From NCBI GenBank assembly GCA_051859245.1, contig JBHYGA010000001.1, positions 1,024,001-1,088,000 of the forward strand: a DNA stretch of 64,000 nucleotides, read 5' to 3'. Positions 31,519-42,221 of this stretch are shown one piece after another. The position numbers and the translations under genes were made by a program. Position 1 is the stretch's first letter, and each line of letters starts with the position of its first letter. Source of the stretch: Gemmatimonadaceae bacterium (GTDB lineage: Bacteria; Gemmatimonadota; Gemmatimonadetes; Gemmatimonadales; Gemmatimonadaceae). The notes below the pieces were generated by a model, which was given only the letters and a program-made list of their open reading frames with translations, did no database searches and was not told the DNA's origin.

Positions 31519-32133
31519 ATGCGATCGCTTGCGATCATTATGGCCGCCAGTGCAGTAACTCTCACACCACTATGCGCGAAAGCGCAGCTGGCGCGCGAAA
31601 CATCACGAACATCAATGGAGTTCCTGGTTGATGGTGCGTTCCCAACCAACAAGCTTGGTGACGCAGAACTCGATGCCGGCCTCGGTTTTGGCGCAAATAT
31701 CCGCGTGCGACTCCAGCCGCACTTGCTCGCATACGCGGGATGGGAGTGGAAACACTTCGTGACCGACCAACTGGTCTCCACGCAGGAACTGGATGTTGAG
31801 GAAACCGGGTACACGTTTGGCCTGCGCTTTGAGCATCCGCTCCGCGGGGAGACCTCGAGTGAGAGATCCACACTCGGCTACTGGCTGCGCGCGGGCGGCG
31901 TGTTCAATCACATCGAAGTTGAAAATGACGACGGTGATATTGTTGCCGACACTGATCACGCCATTGGGTGGGAAGCTGGCGGTGGTCTGACCGTGCCGCT
32001 GACTGCACGACTCGCGCTCGCGCCAGGTGTGCGCTTCCGCACACTCAGTCGCGATCTGTCCATTGGCAATACCAGTCGGTCCGTGACGCTATCGTACGTT
32101 ACGGCCACCGTTGGATTGACGGTCGCCTTCTAG
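31519..32133 (+). CDS. Outer-membrane beta-barrel protein (OmpA/OmpW-like)
   Basis: ATG 31519 after GGAG; signal peptide, alternating beta strands, C-terminal Phe (VGLTVAF). Confidence 0.8.
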   Translation: MRSLAIIMAASAVTLTPLCAKAQLARETSRTSMEFLVDGAFPTNKLGDAELDAGLGFGANIRVRLQPHLLAYAGWEWKHFVTDQLVSTQELDVEETGYTFGLRFEHPLRGETSSERSTLGYWLRAGGVFNHIEVENDDGDIVADTDHAIGWEAGGGLTVPLTARLALAPGVRFRTLSRDLSIGNTSRSVTLSYVTATVGLTVAF

Positions 32134-32142
32134 GATCCGGGA

Positions 32143-33027
32143 GTGACTGTGCGGGTGGTGTTGGTGCTTCTTGTTGCGGCGATCGTACTGGCAGGTGGTG
32201 TGCTGGCGTGGTTCGCGCGCGCACCATCGAGCTTGCGCGCAACGTACGACCGCGAAGTAACGATCCAGCTCACCCGCGCATCGGCAGCTCGGAGCACGGT
32301 GACATCCAACGTGCTCACCGAGTCGGAGCTGCAACGCCTGCCAAGAGCCGTTCAGCGGTACATACGGTTGTCCGGTGCTGTTGGACAGCCACACGTACAG
32401 AACGTGCGAGCGCGAATGCGCGGCCGCATACGCAGCGGTCCGGATGCGCGCTGGATGTCGTTCACGGGAGAGCAGCACAACTTTTTTGATCAACCCTCGC
32501 GATTGTTCTACCTTGATGCGCGCATGGTTGGCCTGCCTGTGCAGGTGTTTCACCGATATGTCGGAAGTGCGGCGACGATGCGCGTTACGCTGGCGTGGAC
32601 GATGTCTATGGTGAACGCTGCCGGGCCGCAAATGGATGTTGGCGAAACAGTCACGATGTTCAACGATATGTGCTGGCTGGCAGCGGGGAGTCTGATCAGC
32701 AATCACATTGCGTGGGAAGAGATCGACGCGTCCACTGTGCGCGCAACATTTACCAATGCGGGACACACGGTGAAGGCCCTGCTTCGGTTCAACGATCAGG
32801 GCGAGCTTATTGACTTCGAGTCGGACGATCGCACGGCCGCTTCGTCAGATGGGCAATCGTTTACTGCAATGCGCTGGTCTACGCCACTCGGCCCGTATCG
32901 CACCTTTGGACGGAACCGCGTGAGCGGTGGTGGCGAGGGACGATGGCATCCCGCATCCGGGAGCTACACGTATATTGAGCTTGAACTGCTTGACGTTGCC
33001 TACAACGTTCCTGTTCGAGATCAATAA
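32143..33027 (+). CDS. Conserved hypothetical protein (DUF6544-like)
   Basis: N-terminal TM; LP.AVQRY...GAVGQP, GETVTMFNDMC, F.SDDR, WSTP. Confidence 0.65.
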   Translation: MTVRVVLVLLVAAIVLAGGVLAWFARAPSSLRATYDREVTIQLTRASAARSTVTSNVLTESELQRLPRAVQRYIRLSGAVGQPHVQNVRARMRGRIRSGPDARWMSFTGEQHNFFDQPSRLFYLDARMVGLPVQVFHRYVGSAATMRVTLAWTMSMVNAAGPQMDVGETVTMFNDMCWLAAGSLISNHIAWEEIDASTVRATFTNAGHTVKALLRFNDQGELIDFESDDRTAASSDGQSFTAMRWSTPLGPYRTFGRNRVSGGGEGRWHPASGSYTYIELELLDVAYNVPVRDQ

Positions 33028-33039
33028 CCCCCGCGAGAT

Positions 33040-33669
33040 ATGAATAGCTGTGCCTGTAGCGCGATCCATGAGGGACGCCGCGTTGTGCTCACGGGCGGCC
33101 CTGGCGCAGGAAAGTCGGCGGTGCTCGAACTCGCGAAACTCTTTTTCTGCACGCACGTGCACACGCTGCCCGAGGCCGCGGGTATCGTGTTCGGCGGGCG
33201 CTTTCCTCGCAATGGCGCACCACGCATCCGACGCGCGGCGCAGGAGGCGATCTATCATGTGCAACACGCGCTGGAATCCACGATTGAGACAACCAATACG
33301 GCCGTTGTGCTCTGCGATCGTGGAACGCCTGACGGCGCCGCGTACTGGGTTGGCGACGATACGCTCTGGCAGTATGTGAAGAGCACGCGTGACGCCGAGC
33401 TCGCGCGCTACTACGCGGTGATCCACCTGCGCACGCCAAGCGTGAGTGATCATTACAATCTGGACAATCCGCTGCGAACTGAATCGCACGATGAAGCGCG
33501 CGCGATTGATGCGCGTATTGCGCAGGAGTGGGCGGGTCACCCGCGCATGTTCGATGTACCCGCGACGGATGACTTTCTCGGCAAGGCTGCGGCCGCGCTC
33601 GGGATACTCCGGGAGTTGGTGCCCGACTGCTGCCGCACGCAGATGCGCCCGCTGATCTGGCCGGCGTAA
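33040..33669 (+). CDS. AAA_28 / NadR-like P-loop ATPase
   Basis: VVLTGGPGAGKS, PEAA, VLCDRGTPDG.AYW. Confidence 0.8.
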   Translation: MNSCACSAIHEGRRVVLTGGPGAGKSAVLELAKLFFCTHVHTLPEAAGIVFGGRFPRNGAPRIRRAAQEAIYHVQHALESTIETTNTAVVLCDRGTPDGAAYWVGDDTLWQYVKSTRDAELARYYAVIHLRTPSVSDHYNLDNPLRTESHDEARAIDARIAQEWAGHPRMFDVPATDDFLGKAAAALGILRELVPDCCRTQMRPLIWPA

Positions 33670-33708
33670 CGCAACACAGGCGTGCGCCTTCTCTCAGAGG
33701 TCGAGCCC

Positions 33709-35073
33709 TCACACCGTCCGTGAGAACCGCCCCGCACCCGCCTGCGCCGGCAGGTACGCATCAAGTTCCATGCACAGATTGCGCAAGAAGAATCGTCCAA
33801 GAGGTGTGACCACGAGACGGTCCGCCTCATACGTGGCGAGACCGTCTTGCACGTACGGACTGAATCGAGGCCGCAGTTCTTCTTCAGCCCCCGGGAACAC
33901 GTCGTACGGCAGTTCGAGATTGCACATGAGATGGAGGATCGCATCCTGACGCGCGCGGTCGTCGTCGCTGCGAATGTGGCCACGAATCGTGGGCAAACGC
34001 CCGCGACTTACGCGTTCACGCCACGGTGACAATCCGGGTTCGTTCTGCGCGAAGTGCCCGGCCACATCGGAAATGGCACTCATGCCCACCGCCACGAGAT
34101 GCTGTGCCGGCATGGTCGTGTACCCCATGAAGTTCCGGTGCAATCGACCCTGACGCTGTGCAATGGTGAGCGGGTCATTGGCGCGGGCGAAGTGATCCAG
34201 TCCGATCCACGCATAACCGGCCGCAGTAAACGCCGACGCGGCCATGCGGAACAGCTCAAATCGCGTATGCGCGTCTGGCAGTTCGTCTTCGTGAATTACG
34301 CTCTGGTGCAAACGCTGGGTTGGCATGTGGGCGTAGCCAAAACACGCCACTCGGTCCGGCGCGAGTTCGATGACGCATTCGAGGGTTCGTGCGAACGTTT
34401 CGCGCGTTTGCCGAGGCAGGCCGTAAATGAGATCGAGGTTGATTTCCGCAAAACCCGCGGCCCGCGCGAGCGCAGACACCGTTTGCACCAGTTCGACCGG
34501 TTGCACCCGGCCAATCGCGTCTTGCACATCGTCATCCAGATCCTGCACGCCGAAGCTGATGCGCGTGAAGCCCAGCGCGTGAAGCAATCGCAACTGTCGC
34601 GGCGTGACCAAGCGAGGATCGGCCTCGATGCTTAGCTCAACATCGCGGGTAAAGCTGAATCGTCGCGAGAACATCTTGAATGCGCGAATGATTTGCGCGT
34701 CGTCGAGAAAGTTGGGGGTGCCGCCCCCCCAGTGCATTTGGGCCACGGCTCGCCCTTTGCCAAGCGCGTCGACCACGAGATCCAGTTCCGTCTCCAGCGT
34801 ATCGAGATATCGATCGACTATTTCGCGACGGGACGTTGTGAGTGCGTTGCACCCGCAGTAGAAGCACTTGGCGGCACAATAGGCGAAGTGCGCGTACAGT
34901 GCGATCGGCGCGTCGTCCGCGCTCGCTTGTACGAGCGCAGAGCGATAGGACGCATCATCCACGCTGGAGCTCCATGACGGCACCGTAGGATAGCTCGTGT
35001 AGCGCGGCCCGGATTTGTCGTACCGTTCGATCAGATCGCCCGGCACCTGGAGCGAATCGAGCGAGGTCAGCAC
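33709..35073 (-). CDS. hemN: Oxygen-independent coproporphyrinogen III oxidase
   Basis: GPRYTSYPT, CAAKCFYCGC, HWGGGTP, DLIYGLP.Q, IGLDHFA, RNFMGYT, terminal RFSRTV. Confidence 0.93.
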   Translation of the reverse strand: MLTSLDSLQVPGDLIERYDKSGPRYTSYPTVPSWSSSVDDASYRSALVQASADDAPIALYAHFAYCAAKCFYCGCNALTTSRREIVDRYLDTLETELDLVVDALGKGRAVAQMHWGGGTPNFLDDAQIIRAFKMFSRRFSFTRDVELSIEADPRLVTPRQLRLLHALGFTRISFGVQDLDDDVQDAIGRVQPVELVQTVSALARAAGFAEINLDLIYGLPRQTRETFARTLECVIELAPDRVACFGYAHMPTQRLHQSVIHEDELPDAHTRFELFRMAASAFTAAGYAWIGLDHFARANDPLTIAQRQGRLHRNFMGYTTMPAQHLVAVGMSAISDVAGHFAQNEPGLSPWRERVSRGRLPTIRGHIRSDDDRARQDAILHLMCNLELPYDVFPGAEEELRPRFSPYVQDGLATYEADRLVVTPLGRFFLRNLCMELDAYLPAQAGAGRFSRTV

Positions 35074-36803
35074 GGGCGCACACTCGCCAGATCCGGCGCG
35101 GAGCCGTCGATCTCGCCAACATCGTCGGCTTCACCCTCGTTGTCCATGTCTGCGAGCGCGACTCCGCCATCCGTTGCCTTGGCCGACGCGTACAATCGCG
35201 AGCGCTTCGGTGCGATGAACTCGTCCGCTGGCAGTTCATGTCCGCCTGACGCCACCATCGGCAACGAGCCGCGGCTGCTCTGCCCATGCACGTGCTGGAT
35301 CTCGCGCTTGCTCTGCAGGCGCACCAACTCTTCCTTCGACGTGGTCTTGGCTTCGTCGAACTTCCAGTCCACCGTGGATTGTCCCCAGTAATTGATGCGC
35401 CCCAGATCGTAAAAGCGTCGTTCCATGGCGCTCTTGAGGTACGCTTTCAGGCAACCTCGTAAATACTTGCGCCGATAGGGATCCTTGTCCCAGAGATATC
35501 CTCCCGTTGCCTTTTTGAAGTAGAAGCGACGATAGTTGTTGAGAACGCCTTTAAGCACGTCGTCACGCGACATGAGATCAGGCTGGATGATCGGCGTGAC
35601 AAAGTTGTATTTGGCGTAGTCGCGCACTTCGACCTTGTCGCCGAGTTCCTGAAAGAGATCAGAGAAGGGCCACGGAGTGTAGCAGTTCCAGTTCACCAGG
35701 TCGGGCTTCCAGTCGAGCGCCATATTGTAGGTTTCCTCGAGCGTCTCGGCGGTTTCATTCTCGAGCCCCACGATGAACTGTGCTTCGGCGACGATGCCGT
35801 TTTCCCGAAGCAGTTCAATGGCCCGCTTGCTCTGCTCAACTTTGATCTCCTTGTTGAAACGATCAAGCTTGAGCTGCGCCGCCGCCTCTGTGCCCAGTGA
35901 CACGTGGACTAGTCCGGCTTTGCGGTACATCGGCAACAAGGCTTCGTCGCGCAAAATGTCGGTGACGCGCGTGTTGATGCCCCACTTCACGCCCAGGTCG
36001 CGCGCAATCAGTTCCTCGCAGAGCGCGACGAACTTCTTGCGGTTGATGGTCGGTTCTTCGTCAGCAAGAATGAAGAACCCGACGTTGTGATCTCGTACCA
36101 GCAGTTCGATTTCGTCCACGAACTTCTTGGGATCGCGCGTGCGATACTGCCGCCAGAACTTCCACTGCGAGCAAAAGCTGCAGGTAAAGGGACAACCGCG
36201 CGCAAAGTTCGGGATCGCGACGCGACAGTTGAGCGGGATGTACATGTAACGGTCCCAGTTCAGAATGCCCCAGTCGGGCGTGAGCGAATCGAGGTCCTGA
36301 ATGGGCGGGTGCGGCTGCGTGGCAAACGGTTTGTCGTTGTCGAGGTACGCAACGCCCTTGATGCTCGAGCGTTCTGTCGGAAGTCGACCTTCATCGAGGG
36401 CGCGAATGAGGTTGACGATGATCTCTTCGCCTTCGCCGCGCACGATGTAGTCAATCCACGGGGCCTCCGAGAGCACCTGTCCGTACATGAAGGTGCCGTG
36501 AATGCCGCCGAGGATCGTGACCGCGTTGGGATGCAGTCGACGTACCATCTGGAGCGTTTCCTGCGCCTTGTAAATCGCTGGTGTGATCGCGGTGGCGAGC
36601 ACGGCGTCCGGGCGTTCTTCGCGCAGCATGGCTTCCAACGCGTCGTCCGCGATGTGATCCGTCATCGCGTCAATAAATCGAATATCCGTGTAGCCGGCTT
36701 TCTTGAGCGCACCGCTCAGGTACGCCACCCAGGCTGGTGGCCAGTTTCCGGCGATTTCGGCACCGCCAGAGTGATAGTTCGGATGGATCAGAACAATGCG
36801 CAT
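35067..36803 (-). CDS. bchE: Anaerobic Mg-protoporphyrin IX monomethyl ester cyclase (B12-dependent radical SAM)
   Basis: MRIVLIHPNYHSGGAEIAGNWPPAWVAYL, ARGCPFTCSFCSQWKFW, GTEAAAQLKLDRFNKE, RFYDLGR. Confidence 0.95.
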   Translation of the reverse strand: MRIVLIHPNYHSGGAEIAGNWPPAWVAYLSGALKKAGYTDIRFIDAMTDHIADDALEAMLREERPDAVLATAITPAIYKAQETLQMVRRLHPNAVTILGGIHGTFMYGQVLSEAPWIDYIVRGEGEEIIVNLIRALDEGRLPTERSSIKGVAYLDNDKPFATQPHPPIQDLDSLTPDWGILNWDRYMYIPLNCRVAIPNFARGCPFTCSFCSQWKFWRQYRTRDPKKFVDEIELLVRDHNVGFFILADEEPTINRKKFVALCEELIARDLGVKWGINTRVTDILRDEALLPMYRKAGLVHVSLGTEAAAQLKLDRFNKEIKVEQSKRAIELLRENGIVAEAQFIVGLENETAETLEETYNMALDWKPDLVNWNCYTPWPFSDLFQELGDKVEVRDYAKYNFVTPIIQPDLMSRDDVLKGVLNNYRRFYFKKATGGYLWDKDPYRRKYLRGCLKAYLKSAMERRFYDLGRINYWGQSTVDWKFDEAKTTSKEELVRLQSKREIQHVHGQSSRGSLPMVASGGHELPADEFIAPKRSRLYASAKATDGGVALADMDNEGEADDVGEIDGSAPDLASVRPC

Positions 36804-37060
36804 GCAGGATCTCCGGCGGAGCGCGATGAGACAGGACGAGAGCGTTCGGTTGACGACGTCAAGCTGTCCATTGCACGCCCTCGCCGCAGCAAGGGAACTG
36901 CTGTCTGGATGTCGGGAAATCCTTCGTGATTCAACGCGATGATTGTCGGGGAACTACGGACAGCATCCTGCAAATGCAACACCGCCCGACTTCGCAGGTC
37001 GTGCGAAGCCGGGCGGTGCGCCCACAAATCATCGGAACCTACTTCTGTTCTCGCCTTGGA

Positions 37061-38359
37061 CTACGGGTTGGGCGGTGTGTTCGGATTGCTGGACCGTTCG
37101 TTGAGCGGGTACGGCAACCAGTTCACGCGCGCTTCCTGCGCTCGGCCAAACCGACGTAAGTCGCTCCACGCCAGACCGCTTCCGAAGAGTGAATAGCGAC
37201 GTTGACGCGCCACTTCATTGAGCATCGCCGGCTGCGTTGCCAAGTCTGTGGACGTGCGCGGTGTCAGGTTGGCACGTTGACGCACCGCATTCACTTGCGC
37301 GAGCGCCTCCGGCAGTCGATTCAACCGCGCCAGCGCTTCGGCGCGAATGAGCGACACTTCGTCCTGCGTAAACATCGGATACGCTTCGGTCTGCGTTGCA
37401 AAGATCAACACGGGCACAACGCTTGAGCCACCGAACGACGCTTGCGGCGTTGGGCCGAACAATCGTGTTACGCGTGAATCGCCCGCCTCGGCATCGGTAC
37501 GCAACGACGCCTGTGCGGAGAAGTAGCGAAGCCCGGTAAAGACCGACCAGAGCGGACTCTGATCTGCCGTGGCGTAGCGATACTCGCTCTGCGCAGTGGT
37601 CGCCACATCATTGGCAAACGCCAACGCTTGATCGTTGCGTCCGGCAGCGAGTGCGAAGCGCGCCTGCCAGGCACGAATAAGGTTTGGCAGATCGATGCCT
37701 GGTGTCAGCAACTGAGACGTGAACTCGGCACTCGGCGGCGTTGCGTCGAGCGCTTGCCGAGCCTGCGCCAGCAAGTCGAGCGTGGTGTTGAGCGCCGCTG
37801 CACGGTCCACGAACGCAGACTCGAATCCCGTAATGTCAACCGGGATTTGCTGCCACGCCTCGGCAAGCGTACCGAACGCGTAGGCCTTCATGGTGAACGC
37901 CAACGCGCGAATACCGGAGACAGTGCCGGGTGCGAGTGTGACGCCCTCAATGCTGGCCAGCAGCTCGTTGGCCGTACGCACGATCTGATAGTGACGGCTC
38001 CAGAAGTTGAGCAGGTCCACATTCACGTCTTCGAGCGGCGTAAGCGCCCCCGGATCAGGGAAACGCTGAAACGCGCGCTGCGGCGCGAGAGACGCGTTGG
38101 TCACACCTAGCTCATTGGCAACGAGTCCGGGAATCCAGACGGCATCCGCGCGCGCGTTGCCCCAACGTCCTTGCAAGCCAACCGCGAGCGCTCGCACACC
38201 AGCGGGAGTGGTGAGCACGTTCACCTCGGTCGCCGCATTCGGATTGGCGATTTCGAGGTTACACGCAGTGAGCACAGTTCCGGACGCCGCGCACACGAGG
38301 AGTGTCGTGAGCGCAGTACGGCGAGCCGGCCGGGCAGTGATGAATGTCATGGTCGGCAT
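37061..38359 (-). CDS. RagB/SusD family lipoprotein
   Basis: Lipobox LTAC, NPN, EVSLIRAEALAR, VNAVRQRANL, DLRRFG, LPYP.NER. Confidence 0.85.
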   Translation of the reverse strand: MPTMTFITARPARRTALTTLLVCAASGTVLTACNLEIANPNAATEVNVLTTPAGVRALAVGLQGRWGNARADAVWIPGLVANELGVTNASLAPQRAFQRFPDPGALTPLEDVNVDLLNFWSRHYQIVRTANELLASIEGVTLAPGTVSGIRALAFTMKAYAFGTLAEAWQQIPVDITGFESAFVDRAAALNTTLDLLAQARQALDATPPSAEFTSQLLTPGIDLPNLIRAWQARFALAAGRNDQALAFANDVATTAQSEYRYATADQSPLWSVFTGLRYFSAQASLRTDAEAGDSRVTRLFGPTPQASFGGSSVVPVLIFATQTEAYPMFTQDEVSLIRAEALARLNRLPEALAQVNAVRQRANLTPRTSTDLATQPAMLNEVARQRRYSLFGSGLAWSDLRRFGRAQEARVNWLPYPLNERSSNPNTPPNP

Positions 38360-38360
38360 C

Positions 38361-41312
38361 TCAGTAGTTCAGGTTCACAGACATGGCAATACTGCGCGGA
38401 ATCGGAACGGCGGCGAATCCAAAGCCGCGAACCACGGTGCGTTGTCCACCGGTGTTGGTTTCCGGATCCCATCCGGTATAGTCCGTCCACGTGACAAGGT
38501 TGCGCCCCGAGAACGTGATGGACGCGCCACGCGAGCGAAGCCGCTGCGCGAACGCGCTCGGCAAGGTGTAGGTGAGCGCGATCTCGCGCAGCTTCACGAA
38601 GCTGCCGTCTTCGATGTATTCCTCAAAGACGGAACGACGAGCCGCGAAGTAGCCGCGCGGCACTCGTCCTTCCAGTTCGTCCGCGTACGCAGCACCAACA
38701 CCGAAGGCTGGAGTCTCAAGCACACGACGGTCAAAGTTGAACAGGTCAACATCGCCCACTCCGTCGAACTGTACGCGCAGCGCGAGGCTGCGGCGAACGG
38801 TGAACTCATTGATCACCGACCAGTAGTTCTTGGGGTTCGGATTACCAAGCACCGCGGCGGGCCCAATGGCCGGAATTCCTGTGATCGTTCCGTTGGCATC
38901 TTCGATGGGGACACCGGCAGACGTCAGGATCTGGCCCGCTTCATTGCGGCGATACGTGCTGCCCCAGAAGTGACCAGGCGCCTGATCGGCCGCGACCCGA
39001 ATGATGTTGAAGCTCTCGGGAATGAAGAACGCGCCCCCCGACGCCACACGAGTGACGATTGGATCGTTGGTTGCGTAGGTGACCGTGGTGTTCCAGCTGA
39101 ACGCATCGCGCTGCACATTGAACGAGCGCAACAGAATCTCGTTGCCCTTGTTGCGCAGTGAGCCCACGTTCGACAGCTGCTCTGTAAATCCGCTCGACGG
39201 CGTGACGGTTTGCGGAAGGATGAGATCGGTCACATTGCGATCAAAGCGCGTGTACTCAATGCCAACGCGTCCGTTGAACAGCTCGGCGTCGAATCCGAGT
39301 TCTGTTTCTTTCGCGCGTTCGGGGCGCAGGCCTTCGTTGCCTTGACGCGTGCTGTTCACCACGCCCGACAGCGTGCCTGACGGCTCAAAGACATAGTTGG
39401 ACAAGCGATCAAAACTTCCCGGTGGCTGTTCGCCCGAAAATCCGAGACCACCGCGCAAGCGCAGGCGATTGACGAATGTGCCGGCGATGTTGCGGAAGCC
39501 TTCCAGTTCGGTCAGGTCAAGCGACGCGCCAAACTTTGGAAAATACTGCTGACGTTCGTCGCGACCGAAGGCGCTTGACGCATCAGTGCGGACAGCGGCG
39601 GTCAGTGTGAGCAGATCGCCGTAGGCAATCTGCTGCTGTCCGTAGTAACCGATGATGCGGCGTTCATCAATGGACTGACTCGCGAACTGCGCGCTGCCTT
39701 GCACTGTGCTCACGAGCAGCGCCAGGTTCTCCGCACGCGCGATGGTGGAGTTGAACGTTTGCTGCTGATAGTTCGACCCAACGCCGGTTACGAATCGCCA
39801 GCCGCCCAGTGCGGGCCATCGGTACGTGACATCGACGTCCTGATTGAGCAGACGTGCACGCAGATTCGCGGAGATGGCGAGTCCACCCTGCAAATCGGGC
39901 GCGGAGCTTCCGCGCGGCACGAACGACGACTGCGCGTCCGTGTAGTTGTCAATGCCGACGCGATAATCAACGGACAGCGCCTCGAAGGGTGTAGCGTTGA
40001 GCTGCACACCGCCGGTGAAGCGCGAAATCTCCTGCGGTGCTTTCCAGTTCGCCATCACTTCCAGCGGATTCGACGCGAGCTGACCAAGCGGATAGATCCC
40101 GGTTTCCGGGTTGGGAAACAGGTCACGATCGTTTGAGTTGAACAGGAAGTTCGTGAGCACGCCGCGATTGTTCACCAGACCGCCGGAGGCCTGACGATTG
40201 GCTCGACTGGTCACGTAGCCCGTGCTGGTGGACAGCTTGAGCCAGTTCGTGAGTTGACGGTCTACGTTCAAGCGGATGTTCTGTCGGAGATAGTCGGTGG
40301 TGCGAACGATGCCATCTTGCGTTTGCACCGAGCCGCCAAGATAGAACTGCGTCTTGTCATCACCGCCAGACAATCCGATTGATGTGTTCGACGTCAAACC
40401 GCGTTGAAAGATTTCGTCCTGGTAGTCAAAACGCCGCGTCACCGGCTGGCCGGCCGCGTTGACCGTGGCCTGGTTTACCGGAATGCGTGTCTCCACGTCG
40501 TCTTGACCAACTGACGTGCGCACATTCACGCGAAGCGCACCGGGCCGTCCGCGTTTCGTGAAAATCTGCACCACACCGTTGTTGGCCCGTGAACCGTAGA
40601 GCGCTGCGGCCGCAGCACCCTTCACGATTTCCATGCGCTCGATGTCGTTTGGATCCAGATCGGCGATGCGGTTACTTGTGTTGCCGCCAAGATCGACGAG
40701 CTGCGATGATCCGTTGTCGACAATGACGCCGTCAACGATGTACAACGGCTCTGCGCTGCGGCTGATCGTGGACAAGCCGCGCAGTCGCACACTGGAGCCA
40801 CCACCCGGTGTACCCGAGTTCAGCTGGACCAGTGCACCCGGTACCTTACCCGCAAGCGCCGCGTCCACCTGCGCCACGCCAGCGTTGGCGATGTCACTGC
40901 CCGTCACTGTTGCCAGTGACGCACCAAGACTCGCGCGTTCGGCTTCAACACGTGTGGCCGTGGTGACCAGCTGCGAAAGGTTGAGAATGTCGCGCGAAAG
41001 TCTGACATCCTGCGTGATCTGCCCGCTCGTTGTCGAGAGCGGAAAGCGCTGCGGCTTGTAGCCGAGCACGCGCACGAGCAAAACCAGTGGTGGACGCGGT
41101 TCGGCAACCACCAGACGATACGATCCATCGTCGTCCGTGACCGTGCCAAAGCGGGTGCCATCAATGAGGACCGAAACGGTCGGCAGGCCGCGACCGGTCT
41201 CATCGGTGACTCGACCAGAGACCGTGAGCTGAGCCTGGAGCAGCGCGGGCAGACCGATCATTCCCAGAAGGAACATCGTGGCTGCTCGCAGGTGCGTTCG
41301 AAGAGGCATCAT
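38361..41312 (-). CDS. SusC/RagA family TonB-dependent outer-membrane receptor
   Basis: Start reassigned to MMPLRTHL (41312); carboxypeptidase-regulatory-like N-domain, PLYIVDG, DIERMEIVKGAAAAALYGSRANNGVVQIFTK, LRPE, EDGSFVKLRE. Confidence 0.92.
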   Translation of the reverse strand: MMPLRTHLRAATMFLLGMIGLPALLQAQLTVSGRVTDETGRGLPTVSVLIDGTRFGTVTDDDGSYRLVVAEPRPPLVLLVRVLGYKPQRFPLSTTSGQITQDVRLSRDILNLSQLVTTATRVEAERASLGASLATVTGSDIANAGVAQVDAALAGKVPGALVQLNSGTPGGGSSVRLRGLSTISRSAEPLYIVDGVIVDNGSSQLVDLGGNTSNRIADLDPNDIERMEIVKGAAAAALYGSRANNGVVQIFTKRGRPGALRVNVRTSVGQDDVETRIPVNQATVNAAGQPVTRRFDYQDEIFQRGLTSNTSIGLSGGDDKTQFYLGGSVQTQDGIVRTTDYLRQNIRLNVDRQLTNWLKLSTSTGYVTSRANRQASGGLVNNRGVLTNFLFNSNDRDLFPNPETGIYPLGQLASNPLEVMANWKAPQEISRFTGGVQLNATPFEALSVDYRVGIDNYTDAQSSFVPRGSSAPDLQGGLAISANLRARLLNQDVDVTYRWPALGGWRFVTGVGSNYQQQTFNSTIARAENLALLVSTVQGSAQFASQSIDERRIIGYYGQQQIAYGDLLTLTAAVRTDASSAFGRDERQQYFPKFGASLDLTELEGFRNIAGTFVNRLRLRGGLGFSGEQPPGSFDRLSNYVFEPSGTLSGVVNSTRQGNEGLRPERAKETELGFDAELFNGRVGIEYTRFDRNVTDLILPQTVTPSSGFTEQLSNVGSLRNKGNEILLRSFNVQRDAFSWNTTVTYATNDPIVTRVASGGAFFIPESFNIIRVAADQAPGHFWGSTYRRNEAGQILTSAGVPIEDANGTITGIPAIGPAAVLGNPNPKNYWSVINEFTVRRSLALRVQFDGVGDVDLFNFDRRVLETPAFGVGAAYADELEGRVPRGYFAARRSVFEEYIEDGSFVKLREIALTYTLPSAFAQRLRSRGASITFSGRNLVTWTDYTGWDPETNTGGQRTVVRGFGFAAVPIPRSIAMSVNLNY

Positions 41313-41528
41313 GAGCGTGGGCGGGAGTGAGAGGAAACAGAAAAGTGCAGGCGGGCGGAACGTTCGCCGCCGACCCATTGCATAATGATTGTCCGTCGCG
41401 AATTGATCCCCCACGCTGGACCGTGGGACAAGGCGCTGCGTACGAGGGTCGTGGGGAGCGCTGGGCTGGAGCGCGCGGTAGATTGTTCGCTCGCTCGGGG
41501 TTGCTTTCTTCAACCGTTCAGGTAGCCA

Positions 41529-42221
41529 ATGTCGACTGAGCCTCTGCTTGCACGCCTGACCACTTCGTGGGTGGAGAACGCCGACGCGTGGACTACGGCC
41601 GTACGAAGCGGCGCGATCCCCAGCCGCCGCGCTGGTACTGATGACGCGATTCTTCGCGCGATCACGCAGGCACCGCCGGGCCCGTTGATCGATGTCGGAT
41701 GTGGCGAGGGGTGGCTGGCACGCGCCATCGCTGGCACAGGCCGCCGTGTACTCGGTGTCGACGCGAGCGGGCCGCTGATTGAAGCGGCGAAGCAGGCGGC
41801 GGGGGCTGGCGACCTGGACTACGAGCAGGCTACGTACGCCGAGCTGCCAGCTCGTGCGCGCGCGCGAGGCGATCTGTTTTCCGTGGCCGTCTGCAACTTT
41901 GCGTTGCTCGATGATCAACTCGCCGGCGCACTCGCGGCTATTCGCACGGTACTCGCGCCAACAGGCGTGTTACTCATTCAGACCGTACATCCGTTTACTG
42001 CGTGCGGCGAAGCCGCGTATCGTAACGGCTGGCGCGAAGAAACGTTTGATGCGTTTGGTGGTCGGTTCCCGTCACCGATGCCGTGGTACTTCCGCACGGT
42101 CGCCTCGTGGATCGACGAGATGAGCAGCGCGGGATTCGTGATCGAATCATTGGTGGAACCAGTCGCCACAGATGGAGTGCTGCCCTTGTCGTTGTTGTTG
42201 CGGGCTCGGCGCTCCGACTAG
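41529..42221 (+). CDS. Class I SAM-dependent methyltransferase
   Basis: LIDVGCGEGW, GVDAS, VCNFAL. Confidence 0.88.
   Translation: MSTEPLLARLTTSWVENADAWTTAVRSGAIPSRRAGTDDAILRAITQAPPGPLIDVGCGEGWLARAIAGTGRRVLGVDASGPLIEAAKQAAGAGDLDYEQATYAELPARARARGDLFSVAVCNFALLDDQLAGALAAIRTVLAPTGVLLIQTVHPFTACGEAAYRNGWREETFDAFGGRFPSPMPWYFRTVASWIDEMSSAGFVIESLVEPVATDGVLPLSLLLRARRSD

Noticed and set aside
41313..41918. 202-aa N-terminal extension of the SusC ORF
   Set aside because: Overlaps the methyltransferase on the opposite strand; the signal peptide begins at 41312
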